DNA of 64,000 nucleotides from Craspedostauros australis (Eukaryota): contig JALAGF010006090.1 in the NCBI GenBank assembly GCA_030167865.1, forward strand, positions 1 to 64,000, in the 5' to 3' direction. Made by a program: the position numbers and the translations under genes. A model generated the notes under the pieces. The model was given only the letters and a program-made list of their open reading frames with translations. It was not told the DNA's origin and made no database searches. Below, one piece after another: positions 12,423 through 25,171 of the stretch (within the stretch, counting starts at the first letter, position 1; every line of letters starts with the position of its first letter).

Positions 12423-15400
12423 ATGAATGAAGTCCCAGGCTTGATACGGGTGATGGAAGATGCCTGTCAACGGACGTTGTACGACAGCATCGGTATCACT
12501 GACGACAAACCGACTGCCTTTGATGCCATCTCCATCAAGCCAAGAGACGGCCAGTTGCGGAGCGACGGGAAGGGCGTTCAGAGAGCAGCAGATAACGCCA
12601 ATGATTCCAAAACAAGCGGAAACAAAGACAGCAGCTTCCATACCGGCAAGGACAGTGGGGCTGTAGGCGTCACCGGCACCGGCACCGGCGCCAGCACAAC
12701 AAACAGTGGCGGTGGCAACATCACCAGTAGGAAACGTCCCAGACTCAATCCACAAGCGCACGAGGCCGGCCAGCACACATGGACAGATGTAAGCCAAATC
12801 AATGTCGGCATGCTGACAAAATGTGTTCTTGCACTCTCCTCTTCTCTGTTCCCTCCAGTATTGCTCCATCATGATTCCATGTATTCATCGACACAGTCCC
12901 AATTCGTCATTCCGCCTTGCTCTCTCATCGAGATTCTCACATGATCACCAAGTTGCATCGGATCGAATCGTATTGTATCGTATTTTATTTCGCTTCCGCA
13001 GTTGCTCCAACATGCGGGCATGATTGCCCTTCAGATGACAGAGCAGGAGCACGGATACGTCCTCAACTTGGCAACGACCATGCTGCTTGGCTATCTGCTG
13101 CCCCTTTCCACTGGAAACCATTCCCAGCTCCTGCAGCATGTATCCAGCGCCAATGGCAAGCAGCAGAAGCAATCAGACTTCGTGCCATCGTCGACGCCAG
13201 CTTCGACATCACCATCGACACAATGTCCCATCAACAATTCCAGGGAGTACGTCCTCGCCATGTCCCTCATTGAACGCATGGAGTGCGGTTGCCAAAGCTA
13301 CACTTCCACGGAGGTCCGCGAGTCGGAGGTCTTCGGAGATTCCGATCTCGACCTGTGCTTCCACCGTTTCATCCATCGCGGGTTGGCGCAGCTTCTCGAT
13401 CGACGCCCCATCGGCGCCCGGTCGCCGGACATCCTGCACCTCATCGCCATGGCCATCCATCCTCAACCATCTGAGAAGTATGTCCGCAAGACCGTCAAGA
13501 AACTCGCGGACATGAAACCAAAACCGAAAGCCTGGATCGAGAGCCAGCGGTACTGGACGTGCCAGATACCGCACTACTTCCACATCAAGTACGCGCAGCG
13601 CATGGAACTCGTCAACCTCGTCGTCAATCACCTCATCCTGCCAGAAAACGACGGCAAGGACCACGCCGTGGTGGAAACGCCGCTGGATGCTGCGATCATC
13701 CATCTCAGAGCGTCCTTGCATTCCTTCTACTACTGTGCCATGTCTGCTTGCGATGCGCACATCGCGCAATGCGCCATCGTGTCCTGCACCATCCAGCTCT
13801 CCAAGGACGCCATGGTGCGCGAGGAATGGGATCTCCTCCTTAACCGCATGATGGACGACACCGGCGGCTATGATCACTGCCGTTGCCATCGCCATCGCCG
13901 GCAGAACGGCACCTCCTGCCTCGACACGCCTGCCTACAAGGACTCTGTCTCGTGGATGACGCAAACTCGTTCCACCTTCTGCCCGCATGCGGCACGCGGT
14001 CATTTGCTCACGCGCTTCCTCAATCGGTACAGCGAGGCGAGGCATTATGCATCCATTCCATTTCTGCATCGCTGTCTGTCCACCTTGACAGATGCTGTGG
14101 AATGGCAAGTGCATCGCTGGACGAAGCAGGCAAGCGAGGCCGCTGATGAAGACAAGACTAATGAAGAAACAAAAGACGATGCAACAGCGGATGGCAAGGA
14201 AAATGCCGACGATGCTAGCAAGGAGGAAGAAGTGAGCAAGGACTCCACTTGCATGTTTGCATCGCTGCTCTTCGCAGCAAAGAACCTCTTCTACTTTTTG
14301 GTGACATCGAAGATCGACGCAGAAACAGACGCTGAAGGCCAGCCGGAGGAGGAAAGCCAGTACAAGGACATGCTCGTGAGCTGCGCAATCCAACTACTGC
14401 ATCACGAGGACCGAACGATCGTGAGGGAGGCATCGCAGCTGCTATCCATCGCCATCTCGTACGGCAGCGCCGACATGGTGTCCGACTACGATTCCGCCAT
14501 TGTTGCAAGCATCCGGATAGCCGTTTCGCAGTTGATGGGCATCAAGGAGAAAGATCACAACAAACCAAAGCAGCCGGAACAAAAGCAGCAACAGGTGCTG
14601 CCCGCAACCCAGAACCTGTGCATGCTGGTATCTCAGAAAAGTCCTGCATTTGCGCGCACGCTCATCAAGCTGCTTTTGGAACAAGCCAAACAGGTTCAAT
14701 CGGACAGTCCCAACGACCAATCCAAACGAGAGATCCTCTTCGCTTTTGCAGCAGGCATCGCAACCGCATGTCCGCAGGTTGCAAAAGAACAGGCATCATC
14801 CTTCTTGGAGGATCGAGCCGATTTGACATCCAGCGCAAGTTTCCATCTCGCCGCTGCGTTGCTCGCCACTCGCATGGCTCACTTCTTTGTCACAGCAGAT
14901 CCATTGAGCTCTGCCATCACAAAGAAATTAACGCAGGATCCATGGAAGCTATACCTGCTCGGGAGACATGCTCTTGTGACGGGCAATCCCAGCAACGCGA
15001 GCGAGTTTTACGGCATCCTCCTCAAGACTCATTGCGAAACAGAGGACAACTACATGTGGCTTGCCGCTCTTAAATCCATGGCAGACGCGGAAGCCATGGT
15101 CACGAGCAGAGGGTGCCTGGGATTTCCCATCGCGATCCAAAAGCTAAACCTAGCCATGATGCATCTGCAAAGCATCTCGGGAAGGGATGATCACGGTCAT
15201 CGATTCAAGCTGCAAACGGACCTGTTTCGACTCAGAGCAGACTTTCTGCAGCTGGGGGTAGGTTTGAGACAGCTGCTGGCGGAGATGCGATTGACCGGCT
15301 CGTTGCCCAAGAAGTTCACTCGACCAAGGTTGCATTTGGCGAATCTCATTCGCTCCTTTCGGCTTCTCGCAGATCGGTACCATGAGCTGTACAAGGAGCA

Positions 15401-16310
15401 CGGGTTGTTCATGTGCCAGCAGTCTAGGAGCTCCCTGCGCACGTGCATCGCCGTCTGCTTATTCCTGGCGCGCTGCATCGAACGCAGCTTCCCCGATGCC
15501 TTGGATAATTCATCCAAGATGGCATCGATGAAGCCCAACGACGAGATGGGCATCTTACCATTGTCGGATGAATCGCATTCCATCACCAAATTGATGATGC
15601 GACTCCACACGCTGGTGTTCGCCGACATGGACGTCTCCATCGAACCTATAGTGCGCGCGGCAGCGATGCTGGAAGTACTGGAATGCATCGCGAAGTCGCC
15701 ACTCCCGATACCACGCGGTGTGATCACCGTTGGCTGCCTCCCAACCATCGCGGTACAACTTGCGGGTGATCCCGACACTGTCGACGTTGTTTCCACCGAA
15801 GAATCCGTCGACGGCGTACCAATGATTGAAGTCGTCGCCGGACTTCCCTTCAAAATCATTGCCAGCGGACGCTTTCCACCGCGGCTTTTCCGGGGCAGCC
15901 AAGTGGAATTCTCCACAGTGCTCGTGGAATACAAGCTAGAGCAGCAGCAGCAGCCAGCAGAAGAGTCCAACAACAACACCAACAACACGGGCAGCGGCGG
16001 CAACAACAGCACCACCAATACCGATACCAATGAGGAAGATAAGGCGTCAAATGCCGCGACGGAAGACAGCACGCCCGCTGAAGAGGACGATGCCGATGCC
16101 GATGCCGCCAACACGAAGTGCGCGGCTGCCATCTCTTCGGATGGTAACTTCATCATCCCGATCCGATGCGAAGGATGTTCCGAAGAAGGCATCCATACGT
16201 TCCAAGCGACAGTCGGGTGTCGCGATATCCGTGGCGACGAATGGAAACTCCGGTTGGACTCGAGTTCCTGCAGCACTGTGCTGATCCGAATCACGCGAGC
16301 TGGTCGTTGA
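12423..16310 (+). CDS. INTS7: Integrator complex subunit 7-like protein; exons 12423-12788, 13002-16310
   Basis: PWKLYLLGRHALVTGNPSNASEFYGILLKTHCETEDNYMWLAALKSMADAE matches the INTS7 block W..Y.iaR.A...G.h..A..ly..L.....sE..y.WL..Lk. RLRADFLQ, FRLLADRYHELY and the C-terminal D.rG..W also fit. Phase-0 intron 12789-13001 (GTAAGC..CAG). Confidence 0.75.
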
Positions 16311-16499
16311 TGAAAGTAGCGTGCTCGAGCTCGTGCTCTCTGAGCAATTATCCCCCTGATGTGCGCAAAGGAATCTCGTAGGTTAGGTGGTATGGTAGGA
16401 ACGAGATTAGACTTGAGTACTCTCTTTCTCTCTCTGGAGTGCAATGCGCACGCTCACACTATAGCTTTCCTATGCACTATACTCGCAACTCGAATGCTA

Positions 16500-17825
16500 T
16501 TAACCCAGCCGAATGTCATCACTCTCCAATTTCCAGTCATTGGCCCATTCTCGAATCTGCTGCGACAACTGGGCATGGTCGATGTGTCCCTGCTTATCCA
16601 TCACCAGCGCCAAAAAGAAATCCAACTTCTTTTGCATCATCCGCAATTTGGTTGCGTTTTGCTCCGGTTGCTGTTTCTGCTTCTTGGCATGGCGGATCAA
16701 TTCCTTGGCTTCCAAGAGGGCGCGTGCCATCAGTCTTGGATTTTGACACAGCGTGGCGACATCTTCCATCAGGATTTGGTACTCTGCGTTGCACTGCCCC
16801 AACTCCATCTGTTTGGTGGATCGTTCTGCGCATTGGATCAGGGTTTGCTCCAACGATTGCTGCTGCTCCAGATTGGTGCCCTGAAACGCGCTCGATGCCA
16901 TGTACAAGGTCGAGACGGCATCGGAATAATCCTTTGCATTGTCAATTCCGTGATGTAATCGTAGCATCCAAACGGTGGCGTACAGCAGGTCGATGCACTG
17001 GAATTGTGTCGAACTATGTGGTTCTCGTTTGCAGATGGATGCAAATGGTTTGATCTTGAGGAGCCGTTCGTCCAATGTCTTTTCCGACCGCCGTTTCCGT
17101 TGTTGTTGTTGCTGCTGCTGTTTGGAATGGTCGTCGCCGCCGCCTCCGTTGCTGTCGACGTCATGGCTATCCTGTTGTTCCTGAGTGGGCAACGCATGGC
17201 CGATCGTGGCAGTCCACCACGGCGCCCATGGTTTCAAGATATCTTGCCAGACGTTGCCCTGCTGCAAGGACTCCAAAAAAGCCTGCCTTACTGAAGCCGG
17301 CAGAGACTGCGGCAACACCGCGCCGGTATCGTCCATTTCCAACTGCTCCAACGCCAACTGCAAATCCGCGTCATCCAGAGCTGGCGCGTTGGCTGCGACA
17401 TCTTCTTCGTACCGCTTGGACAGGATGCCCTGCACGGAATCCCTTGACTCCAGGATCTCCAGTCGTTGAACAGCTGCCACGCGATTCTGATGAAATCCTT
17501 CGGTGCAGGCATGGCCATTGTCGTCGTTGGAATGCTGCTGGTAGCATGCCACTTGGCAGTACCACAATCCGCATCGTGGGCAATTGTATCGAGCAAAGTT
17601 CTGCCGGCAGACTTGGCAGGATCGCTGACGTTCGCGTTTGTCCGTGCCTGCGCACCTATTGATCGCTGTGCCGCTGGCAGCGATGGCAATGTCATGATTG
17701 TTGTCCTCCTTGTCGGCATTCTGAGTGAGAATGATGGGATTGCTGTCACGCTTGGTCACCTCGGATCGCTTCCAACGTGAGTTGGCGAACTTGACGACGA
17801 TGGGTGGTTCATCCGTTTGGACCAT
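16500..17825 (-). CDS. ZNHIT2: HIT-type zinc finger protein, ZNHIT2-like
   Basis: zf-HIT motif CQVC....ARYNCPRCGLWYCQVACYQQH.......CTEGF followed by a W.PWW motif typical of ZNHIT2. Single 441-aa ORF. Confidence 0.8.
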   Translation of the reverse strand: MVQTDEPPIVVKFANSRWKRSEVTKRDSNPIILTQNADKEDNNHDIAIAASGTAINRCAGTDKRERQRSCQVCRQNFARYNCPRCGLWYCQVACYQQHSNDDNGHACTEGFHQNRVAAVQRLEILESRDSVQGILSKRYEEDVAANAPALDDADLQLALEQLEMDDTGAVLPQSLPASVRQAFLESLQQGNVWQDILKPWAPWWTATIGHALPTQEQQDSHDVDSNGGGGDDHSKQQQQQQQRKRRSEKTLDERLLKIKPFASICKREPHSSTQFQCIDLLYATVWMLRLHHGIDNAKDYSDAVSTLYMASSAFQGTNLEQQQSLEQTLIQCAERSTKQMELGQCNAEYQILMEDVATLCQNPRLMARALLEAKELIRHAKKQKQQPEQNATKLRMMQKKLDFFLALVMDKQGHIDHAQLSQQIREWANDWKLESDDIRLG

Positions 17826-18264
17826 GCTGAGATGGAGTACAGCGATCCTTTGCTTTGCCTTGCCTTGCTCTGTCTTGCTCTATCTTGCTATGCGTTGTCC
17901 TCTCTTGTTTGGGTTCCAATCGATGGTGGAATTGTGGGAGAGAAGGTCAGCTGCTCTGTTTTTGGTGAGTTGTTGTTCTTCGTGAAGAGAAGGCGGACAT
18001 CGTGGATTTGTTCTTGGTTCTTTGGTTGGATGCGGTATCAACCGCACGAAGGCCAGACCCAACATCTGACGGCAAGATGCACCAAAGCGCGAGCGTAGTC
18101 CCCCGATTCCTTCCCCATGGCATGCACATACGCATGACAGAAAGCATGCATGATCATAGTCGTACTCCACCAAAACAATATCATATAATAGTATCCCACG
18201 ACATGGTCCACAGAACATCACTGCTTGTCATCCTCATACAGATAATAGTATACCTATTAGACGA

Positions 18265-19929
18265 TTACAGGTCATTAAAGTTGAAATCCTCGGCGTCGGC
18301 CAACTGGCCACGCGATCCCGCGCTTCTTGGAGCCTCGTCTTGATCATCCATAGCATCGCTGTCGCTGTCGTCGCCGTTGTCATCCTGCTCCATATCCTCA
18401 TCGTCTCCCTCTTGCAGCGTCTGCAGCAGATTCGCCATCTTGCCCGCCTCCGCATCGCGCTCCGGCAGATTGGAATCAGACAGCTGCACGAAATCCATCT
18501 CATCCTTGTCCTTGAGGCTGTCCAAAATGCTGTTGTCGTACTTGGACAGATCGAATTCCGCACCGAAGGTCGACACGATGACGGCCTGCCCCTTGGAGCT
18601 CTGCGTGACCTGATCGGCATCGGCCGGCGGCGTGGTGAAGTAGGGGATCTTGCCGTTGTTCCAGTCCTTGAGGACGGCCCTGGCTGCGGCGATCTTGTCG
18701 GGGATGCCGCCCTTGAGCACGCGGCCGTACGTGCGCGCCACCATGGCCAGGAACATCATGGTGTTGCCCGGTGGGAAAGCGGGTATGTTGTAGGTCATGA
18801 TGAGGCTCTTTGGATCGCAGCGTTTGAGGAGGGCATCGATGGCGGGGACCGGATCGTCGACGGAATCGGCATCGACGCAGTTGCCCAGCAGGGCCGATTT
18901 GTCATCGAAGACGACGCCGGGCGAATCCAGCAACCGCACGTTGCGATCCAGCACGACTTCCTGCATGGAGGTGGTGAATCCAGGTCTTGGACTGACGCCG
19001 ACGGCACGCGTGCGCTTGAGGGCGTTGATGATCGATGACTTGCCCACGTTGGGGTAGCCTATGATTCCGACGACGATGGTGGTCTTGGCCTTGCCCCCCG
19101 TGCCGCCGGTGCGCGCGTAATTCTTGAGGAGCTGCAGAACGGCCTCCATGCCCACGGCGGAGGTGGAGTGCGCGGCATCGATGGTGCTGTCATCGTCCTT
19201 GCGATGGCCGCTGGCTTTGACGGCGATGGCGGGATGGGACCGCCTGAGGACCGTGAGCCAGCGTCCGATGACCTCCTTGGGCACCAGGTCGATCTTGTTG
19301 AGGACCAGGACCATTCGCTTCTCTGCCTGCGACAGGATGGCCTCCTCCAGAGTGGGGTGGATGCGGGAAGCCACGGGATCGCGAGCATCCAGAACCTGCA
19401 GCAGGACATCGGCCGTGTCCACCACCTTCTTGAGCTCCCTCAGGTAGGCTCGTCGCGACTGCTGTCCGGCCGCCACGGATCCGTCGCTGCGATGGCTTGT
19501 GTTGCTGCTGCTGCTGCTAGTGGTGCCGGATGCTGCGATCGTTGCGGACGTGCCACCCTGCTTGGCGGCATATTCTGCCTGCGTCTGCGAGACCTTGGAC
19601 ATGAGCTCCTCGATGGTCCTGGCAGAGCCGCCCGATGCCTGATGCTCCCTCAGAGCCCGCAGCTTCTCCTTCTTGTTCTGCTTCTTCTGGTCCTCCAGCT
19701 GCTGCTGGCGCTCGCGGGAGCGCTGGATCTCCTTGAGCAGGTCCTGCTTGAAGGGCCACGAGTTGGGAATGCCGGGATCCTTCTTCTTGAGGTGGGGCTT
19801 GGTGATCCCATTCTTGGCATCCCTCCTGGCCTCCTTCTTGCGCTTGCGTCCCGTCTCCGCGACGCGCTTCTGGATCTTGTACTTGTCCTTCAGCGTCGTG
19901 CGCTTCGACTTGCCCTTCTTCTTCACCAT
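18265..19929 (-). CDS. NUG1: Nucleolar circularly permuted GTPase, nucleostemin/Nug1/GNL3 family (60S biogenesis)
   Basis: Basic N-terminus with KKDPGIPNSWPFK; DVLLQVLDARDP; G4 NKID precedes G1 GYPNVGKS and G3 DSPG; DWNNGKIPYFTTPP near the end. Confidence 0.93.
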   Translation of the reverse strand: MVKKKGKSKRTTLKDKYKIQKRVAETGRKRKKEARRDAKNGITKPHLKKKDPGIPNSWPFKQDLLKEIQRSRERQQQLEDQKKQNKKEKLRALREHQASGGSARTIEELMSKVSQTQAEYAAKQGGTSATIAASGTTSSSSSNTSHRSDGSVAAGQQSRRAYLRELKKVVDTADVLLQVLDARDPVASRIHPTLEEAILSQAEKRMVLVLNKIDLVPKEVIGRWLTVLRRSHPAIAVKASGHRKDDDSTIDAAHSTSAVGMEAVLQLLKNYARTGGTGGKAKTTIVVGIIGYPNVGKSSIINALKRTRAVGVSPRPGFTTSMQEVVLDRNVRLLDSPGVVFDDKSALLGNCVDADSVDDPVPAIDALLKRCDPKSLIMTYNIPAFPPGNTMMFLAMVARTYGRVLKGGIPDKIAAARAVLKDWNNGKIPYFTTPPADADQVTQSSKGQAVIVSTFGAEFDLSKYDNSILDSLKDKDEMDFVQLSDSNLPERDAEAGKMANLLQTLQEGDDEDMEQDDNGDDSDSDAMDDQDEAPRSAGSRGQLADAEDFNFNDL

Positions 19930-21020
19930 CTTCAATCGCAAGTGCTGGTGCTGGTGCTATTGCGATCCTCGTTGAGCGGGGTATTGTTCTCAGTATCAAT
20001 GGATGAATGCATCCACCCATTCACCAACTGCGAGAAGCATGAGAAACAAGAGAAGCAAGGAGAAGAACAAAACAAGGAAGCCAACGAAAGAAAGGAAAGA
20101 AGAACGTGGATGAGAGAAATTGTTGCCATGTCCACGCACACAAGCAGCGTCAACATTTTGGTTGGTTCGGAGGCGGAATGACTCACTCGACCCATTGAAA
20201 CAAGTTCCAGATTCCACCTTTCTCTCTCTTGATTCGTTGTTGATTCTATGACGGAAAACAAGAAAGGTGAACCAAGACCACCAAGGACGAGCCGGCCGCG
20301 TGATGTGGTGCATTCCTCGGCAGATGGTTGGCCGGTTGCAATTACACTCCGACTTTTCCCATTGCGTTCGTTGGAGGGAGACGGATTCATTGCAGTTGGT
20401 GCGGTTGATCATTCATTGCGGTTGGAGACGTTGAGAGGACGCTTCATTGTGCCATACTTTGCAGGAAAACATACATAATAGTGCAACATCTGAACACACC
20501 TTTTGCATAATAGATCGTACAGATAGTACCAGTCATCGCATAATCGCACCGCTCGTACCCGTTCCAATCATTTTCGGACGACTACTCATCCTGCACAGCA
20601 CTCGCAATCACATCGACGCCCAAGGCTCCCGCAAAGGTGCGACTCGCATTCGCCGAGAAGATTGCCATTGCCCCAAGGGTTCGATTCGCTGCATTGCAAT
20701 CATTATCATCGGGGCGCTCCACAAGTATCAAGTAGAGTACCTTGCTCTGCCATATTACTGCTCCACTCTGCTCAACTCCGCTCTACTATACAGACTTCAT
20801 TGAAGAAGCAGCGCTCAACAAGCCAGTTCCGTTGCACATCGGTTGGGTTGAGTTGGCGTGGATCCTCGTGAGAAAAGAGAAGAGAGGAACGGTGGACATC
20901 TGCTCTGCTCTGACTTGACTTGACTCAACTTCAGCAGCTGGAGGCAACAAAAGTCAGCGCACAACCACCAGCACAACAGACAAACAGACAGGCAGAGAAA
21001 CCGAACAACAGACGATCACA

Positions 21021-23237
21021 ATGTTCGAGGGCATCCTGGAACTGCCCGACACCCACGCGTGGGCCAGCCTGGTGGGATTGCTCAACCCTTCGGAGTACTT
21101 CGTCACCGTCGATCACTCCGTCCTGTGGCAACGTCATGTGGCATGGAGCAAGCCCAAGGGATCGGAGCTGCGGCAGTACATCACGCAACGTTATTCCTCC
21201 AACCAGGTATTCCTCTCATTGATGCTGGGTGCCCAGCTCGGCGTCTTTTTCAACAGCAGCATCGACACCACGCAGATGCGCGAATGCTTGAAGGATCAGT
21301 CCTACGGCGATCTCAAGTACTGGATTGGCCTCATCGTTCTCCTCGATGCCTGCGTCACGGTCGTGGCCATCGTCATCAACTTCACCCTGTGGGGGATGGT
21401 GTCCGCAAGTAAGTCGTCCACTCTGTTCACTCAGTGTTTTCCATGGCATGTCACGGTAAAACGATTGACTCAACTTACCTGCATGACGTTGGCACGTTGG
21501 ACGCCAAGCGAAGTGAAGTGAAGTGATTAAGGCTGAGTGACTTCATTTTTTGCGGGTGTCACCTTTGTTGTCGTGTGCGTTGATGCCTTCAGCGACGTTC
21601 AAATCTATTTTCTGACCCAACGCACCACTCAATTTCATCCCATTCCAATCACATTCCTCTCTCATTTCACAGTCTCCGATACAAACACACACTGCGTCAT
21701 GAGATCCAGCATCGGGCAGTACATCATCTGCCTGCCGCCCAGATTCATCGTGGCCTCTCTCTACCTCTTTCTCATTTGGCTCCTCCTCTGGTTCATCGAA
21801 CTGCTCAGCGGTCCCATGAAGTACGTCGTTGCGTTCGGAGTCATCATGCTCTTCTTCCAGGTCGTCGTCCCCCTCTCCGCATTCGGTCGGTTGATCATCC
21901 ACACGGGCGCCATGGCAAAGAAACGTGTCATCGATGAGGATCTCGAGAAGGATCTCCTGCCCAGTGGGTTGCATGCCTCCTTGCTCATCCGTGCCACCGA
22001 CCGCCGTCGCAAGTACGCCAACCCCGTCCAGCAGTACCGAAAGAAGGGCAACGCATCAAAGACCTATTCCACCAGATCCCTCCCGGCCGACAGTGCAGGA
22101 TGCACCACTAGCCCAACACAGCACGGCAGATCGCAAAACAACGACCTTCAGCGGCATCATTCGGCTCCCGCCAACCACAAGCAGCAGCAGAACAGCGTCA
22201 GATTTGATAACGAGCGCTATCATTCAAGTTCGTTGGATTTCGATGTCGAAGAGCAGATCATTGCCACAGTCAACATGCTCAATGGAGGAAACGCCACTCG
22301 TAGAACCACCAACCCGAACAGCCCGTCTGCGAATGAATCGAATGCGGCTAGTCCCGGTGGTGGCAACTGCAATGTGCACAACACTCCCAGCAGCAGCTCC
22401 GCGAGACCGCCGCGCTCCAAAAGGAAATCCGGCGGCGGGCGTCATCGCAGAACATTCAGCAATGATTCTGCCGACTTCCATTTCCCGCGCGCCTCCATCC
22501 TCAATTCGGCGTCCAACTTCGCGTTGCAGGATGTTGTCAACCGCACTCTCAATGCTGCTGCGCATGAGAATTATGACAGCGATGACGACGATGATCATGA
22601 TCGCAGTAATATTTACGGTAGCATTCGCGGCAATCAGGTGGGCCGTGCCAGCCCTAGAAACAGTGGGAGCAATTGGCGTCCAGATCAATCCGTCCCGGTC
22701 CCCAAATTGCAGAGAAATGGCTCCACCTCCAGCAGCATCGATGGCGCTGATGATCATCCACATGCCATCACCTTTGCGCCGTTCAACTCCTCCTCCTCGA
22801 TCGGTCTCTCCACACCCAGCCCACGGCAGCGTAGCCGCAAGAGCTTCCTCGGTAGCTTTGCCTCCACACGGCAGAACTCCTCGCGCCGCATCATTGACGA
22901 ATGGGCGCAGGAGGATGACGTGCGCAATCATTACGGTGTCTCGCCACCTGCGGACCTCATTCCTGAAACCGCGGAGGAGCTGATGGCATCGCCCACGCAG
23001 ACAATACGGCGTACCCGCGCCAGCATGCTGAACCAGTCTCGCGGGTTGATGTCGTTGCACGAACTGGTTACCCGCGAGACGATGGATTCGCCGGCGTCGA
23101 CGGACAATGAAGATGACGAAGAGTATCGACCACCCAGCCCGATCGATGAAGAGGATGACAGCACCAACGGGAATGAAGAAACGAGCAGGCTGCTGACCGA
23201 CCGCAAGAGTCCGTCCCGTGGTAGGACGTTCTCATGA
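21021..23237 (+). CDS. Multi-pass membrane protein of unknown function with long Ser/Arg-rich disordered C-tail; exons 21021-21408, 21673-23237
   Basis: A phase-1 intron (21409-21672, GTAAGT..CAG) joins GMVSA-I|SDTN in frame. About four hydrophobic segments lie in the first ~230 aa. Confidence 0.75.
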
Positions 23238-23773
23238 AGCGGAGTGTGATGGCAGATGAGACTTGCAACACGAATACGCGCAAGCGTGCGGGCATCGACA
23301 CCCAATGCATTGCGCAGAGACCAGAAACTGGAGACATGGCGCGAAAGATACAGGATGACTTGGTGCTCCACGTATTCTGTTTGAGTTTAGATTGAGTCCA
23401 AATATAGTATGGTATTGCTCCGTTCGTCAACTACTTTTCAATTTGTTGTGTTGTTGGTATAGTAAACTCCGAGAAAACCAAACAATGGAGTTGGACACAT
23501 CCCTAAGGCGCAAACAGAGAGCATCGCCTCCACCGAAGCTGCGGATTGGGATGTGGATCTCCTGCCTCTCACTAAGCAAACGAATGAACGAATTGAACAG
23601 GAAACTGAATCAATGAACGAATGAATGAATTCCATGAGGCCTGCATGCTGCGATGCATAATGAAATAGAGTATAATACTATAGCTCGTATTGTAGCAGTG
23701 GTGTTGTTGTCTCTGGTTCGCGTGAATATGATCGCCACAGGAAACACCATGGATTGTACGCGCGTACACACAT

Positions 23774-25171
23774 TTACAATTCGAAGTTGATGATTCGTGC
23801 GAACTTGGAGGAATCGAGCGAAGCACCTCCGACCAGTGCACCATCAATGTCTGGCTTGGCGAGCAGTCCATCAACCGAGTCTGGGCCGACGCTGCCGCCG
23901 TAGAGAATTCGTGTCGACTCGGCGACCTCCTCATCGTACATATCCTTGATGATGTTTCTGCAGATGGCATGCACATCCTGCGCAATTTCTGGTGTGGCGA
24001 CCTTGCCAGTGCCCTGTGTGATGTACATGCCAGCATTGTCACATGATGATGATGAAAAAGAAAATAGAGATGGCGGAAGGGATGATGTGATGTACGAACA
24101 GTGCACGTTGGTGTGAGATCATTGTATCTGCCAATTGCCATCCAGAAGTTCTTCAACCATCCGCATACACATGCACATACACATGCACATGCGCAACTAC
24201 CGAAAGCATACTCATCGCGAAGGCAGAATTCTCTCACGAACTTACGATGGCCCAAACTGGCTCGTAGGCGATGGTGACCTTGTCCATATCCTCCTTGCCG
24301 ATGCCTGCCAATCCCTTCTTGAGCTGAATTTCGCAAACCGAACCGACGAGGTTCTTCTCAAATTCCTCAAGCGTCTCGCCGATGCAGAGGACGACGTTCA
24401 TGTCGTTCTGGACGAGCATGGTGCACTGGGCGTTGATTTCCTCGTCGGTCTCGCCGAAGATGACGCGGCGTTCGGAGTGTCCGGCCAGAGCCCATGTGAT
24501 GCCCATGCTCTTGAGCATGCTGGGTGCGACGCATCCGGTGAAGGCGCCTCCGGTCTCAGGGTAGACCATCTGCCCATGAAGAATGTGGTGATGTGACGTG
24601 ACATGACATGATGCGAGGAGTATCGGTATTGCAAATATGACATGGAGCAAATGGGCACGTGATGTGAGATGGAGAGAAAGGAGAGCGAAGTTGTTGTCAA
24701 CGTTGTTGTCAACGTCGTCGTTGTTTGGTGAGAAGACGTTTCAGATCATTGAACCGATCTTGTGTGTGCGCGCACGGAAACAGAGAGCTTCAATGCATTG
24801 CACTCGACGGACACAGCGAAAACCTCTCTCATCTCCTAACTCGCCCACCACATCCAAGGACTCACCTCAGCACCGACAACGAGACTGTTTCCGACAACCG
24901 ACTGGACGCTCTCGAGGAATGGGAATGGAACGAAGAGACCGACATCGGCTGGGGATGCTGGTGTGATCGCGTTGGCAATGCCGGTGGCAAGCTCAACGGC
25001 CTCCTGCTTGGTGGCTGGGTTGAGCTTCCAGTTGCCTGTGATGAATGGCTTGCGTCCGAAGAGCTCGACCGAAGTGCGTGCGTTGCTGTGAGCCGACGAG
25101 GCTGGTGCGACGAAGGCGTTGGCGGCGGTGCCGAGCGTGAGGAGAACGAGGCTTGTGCTTGTGAGTTTCAT
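23774..25171 (-). CDS. TPI: Triosephosphate isomerase, plastid-targeted; exons 25171-24866, 24569-24246, 24013-23774
   Basis: [30 protein letters not shown] and [10 protein letters not shown] are all present. Signal peptide ends in ANA|FVAP (ASAFAP-type). Two phase-0 GT..AG introns. Confidence 0.97.
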
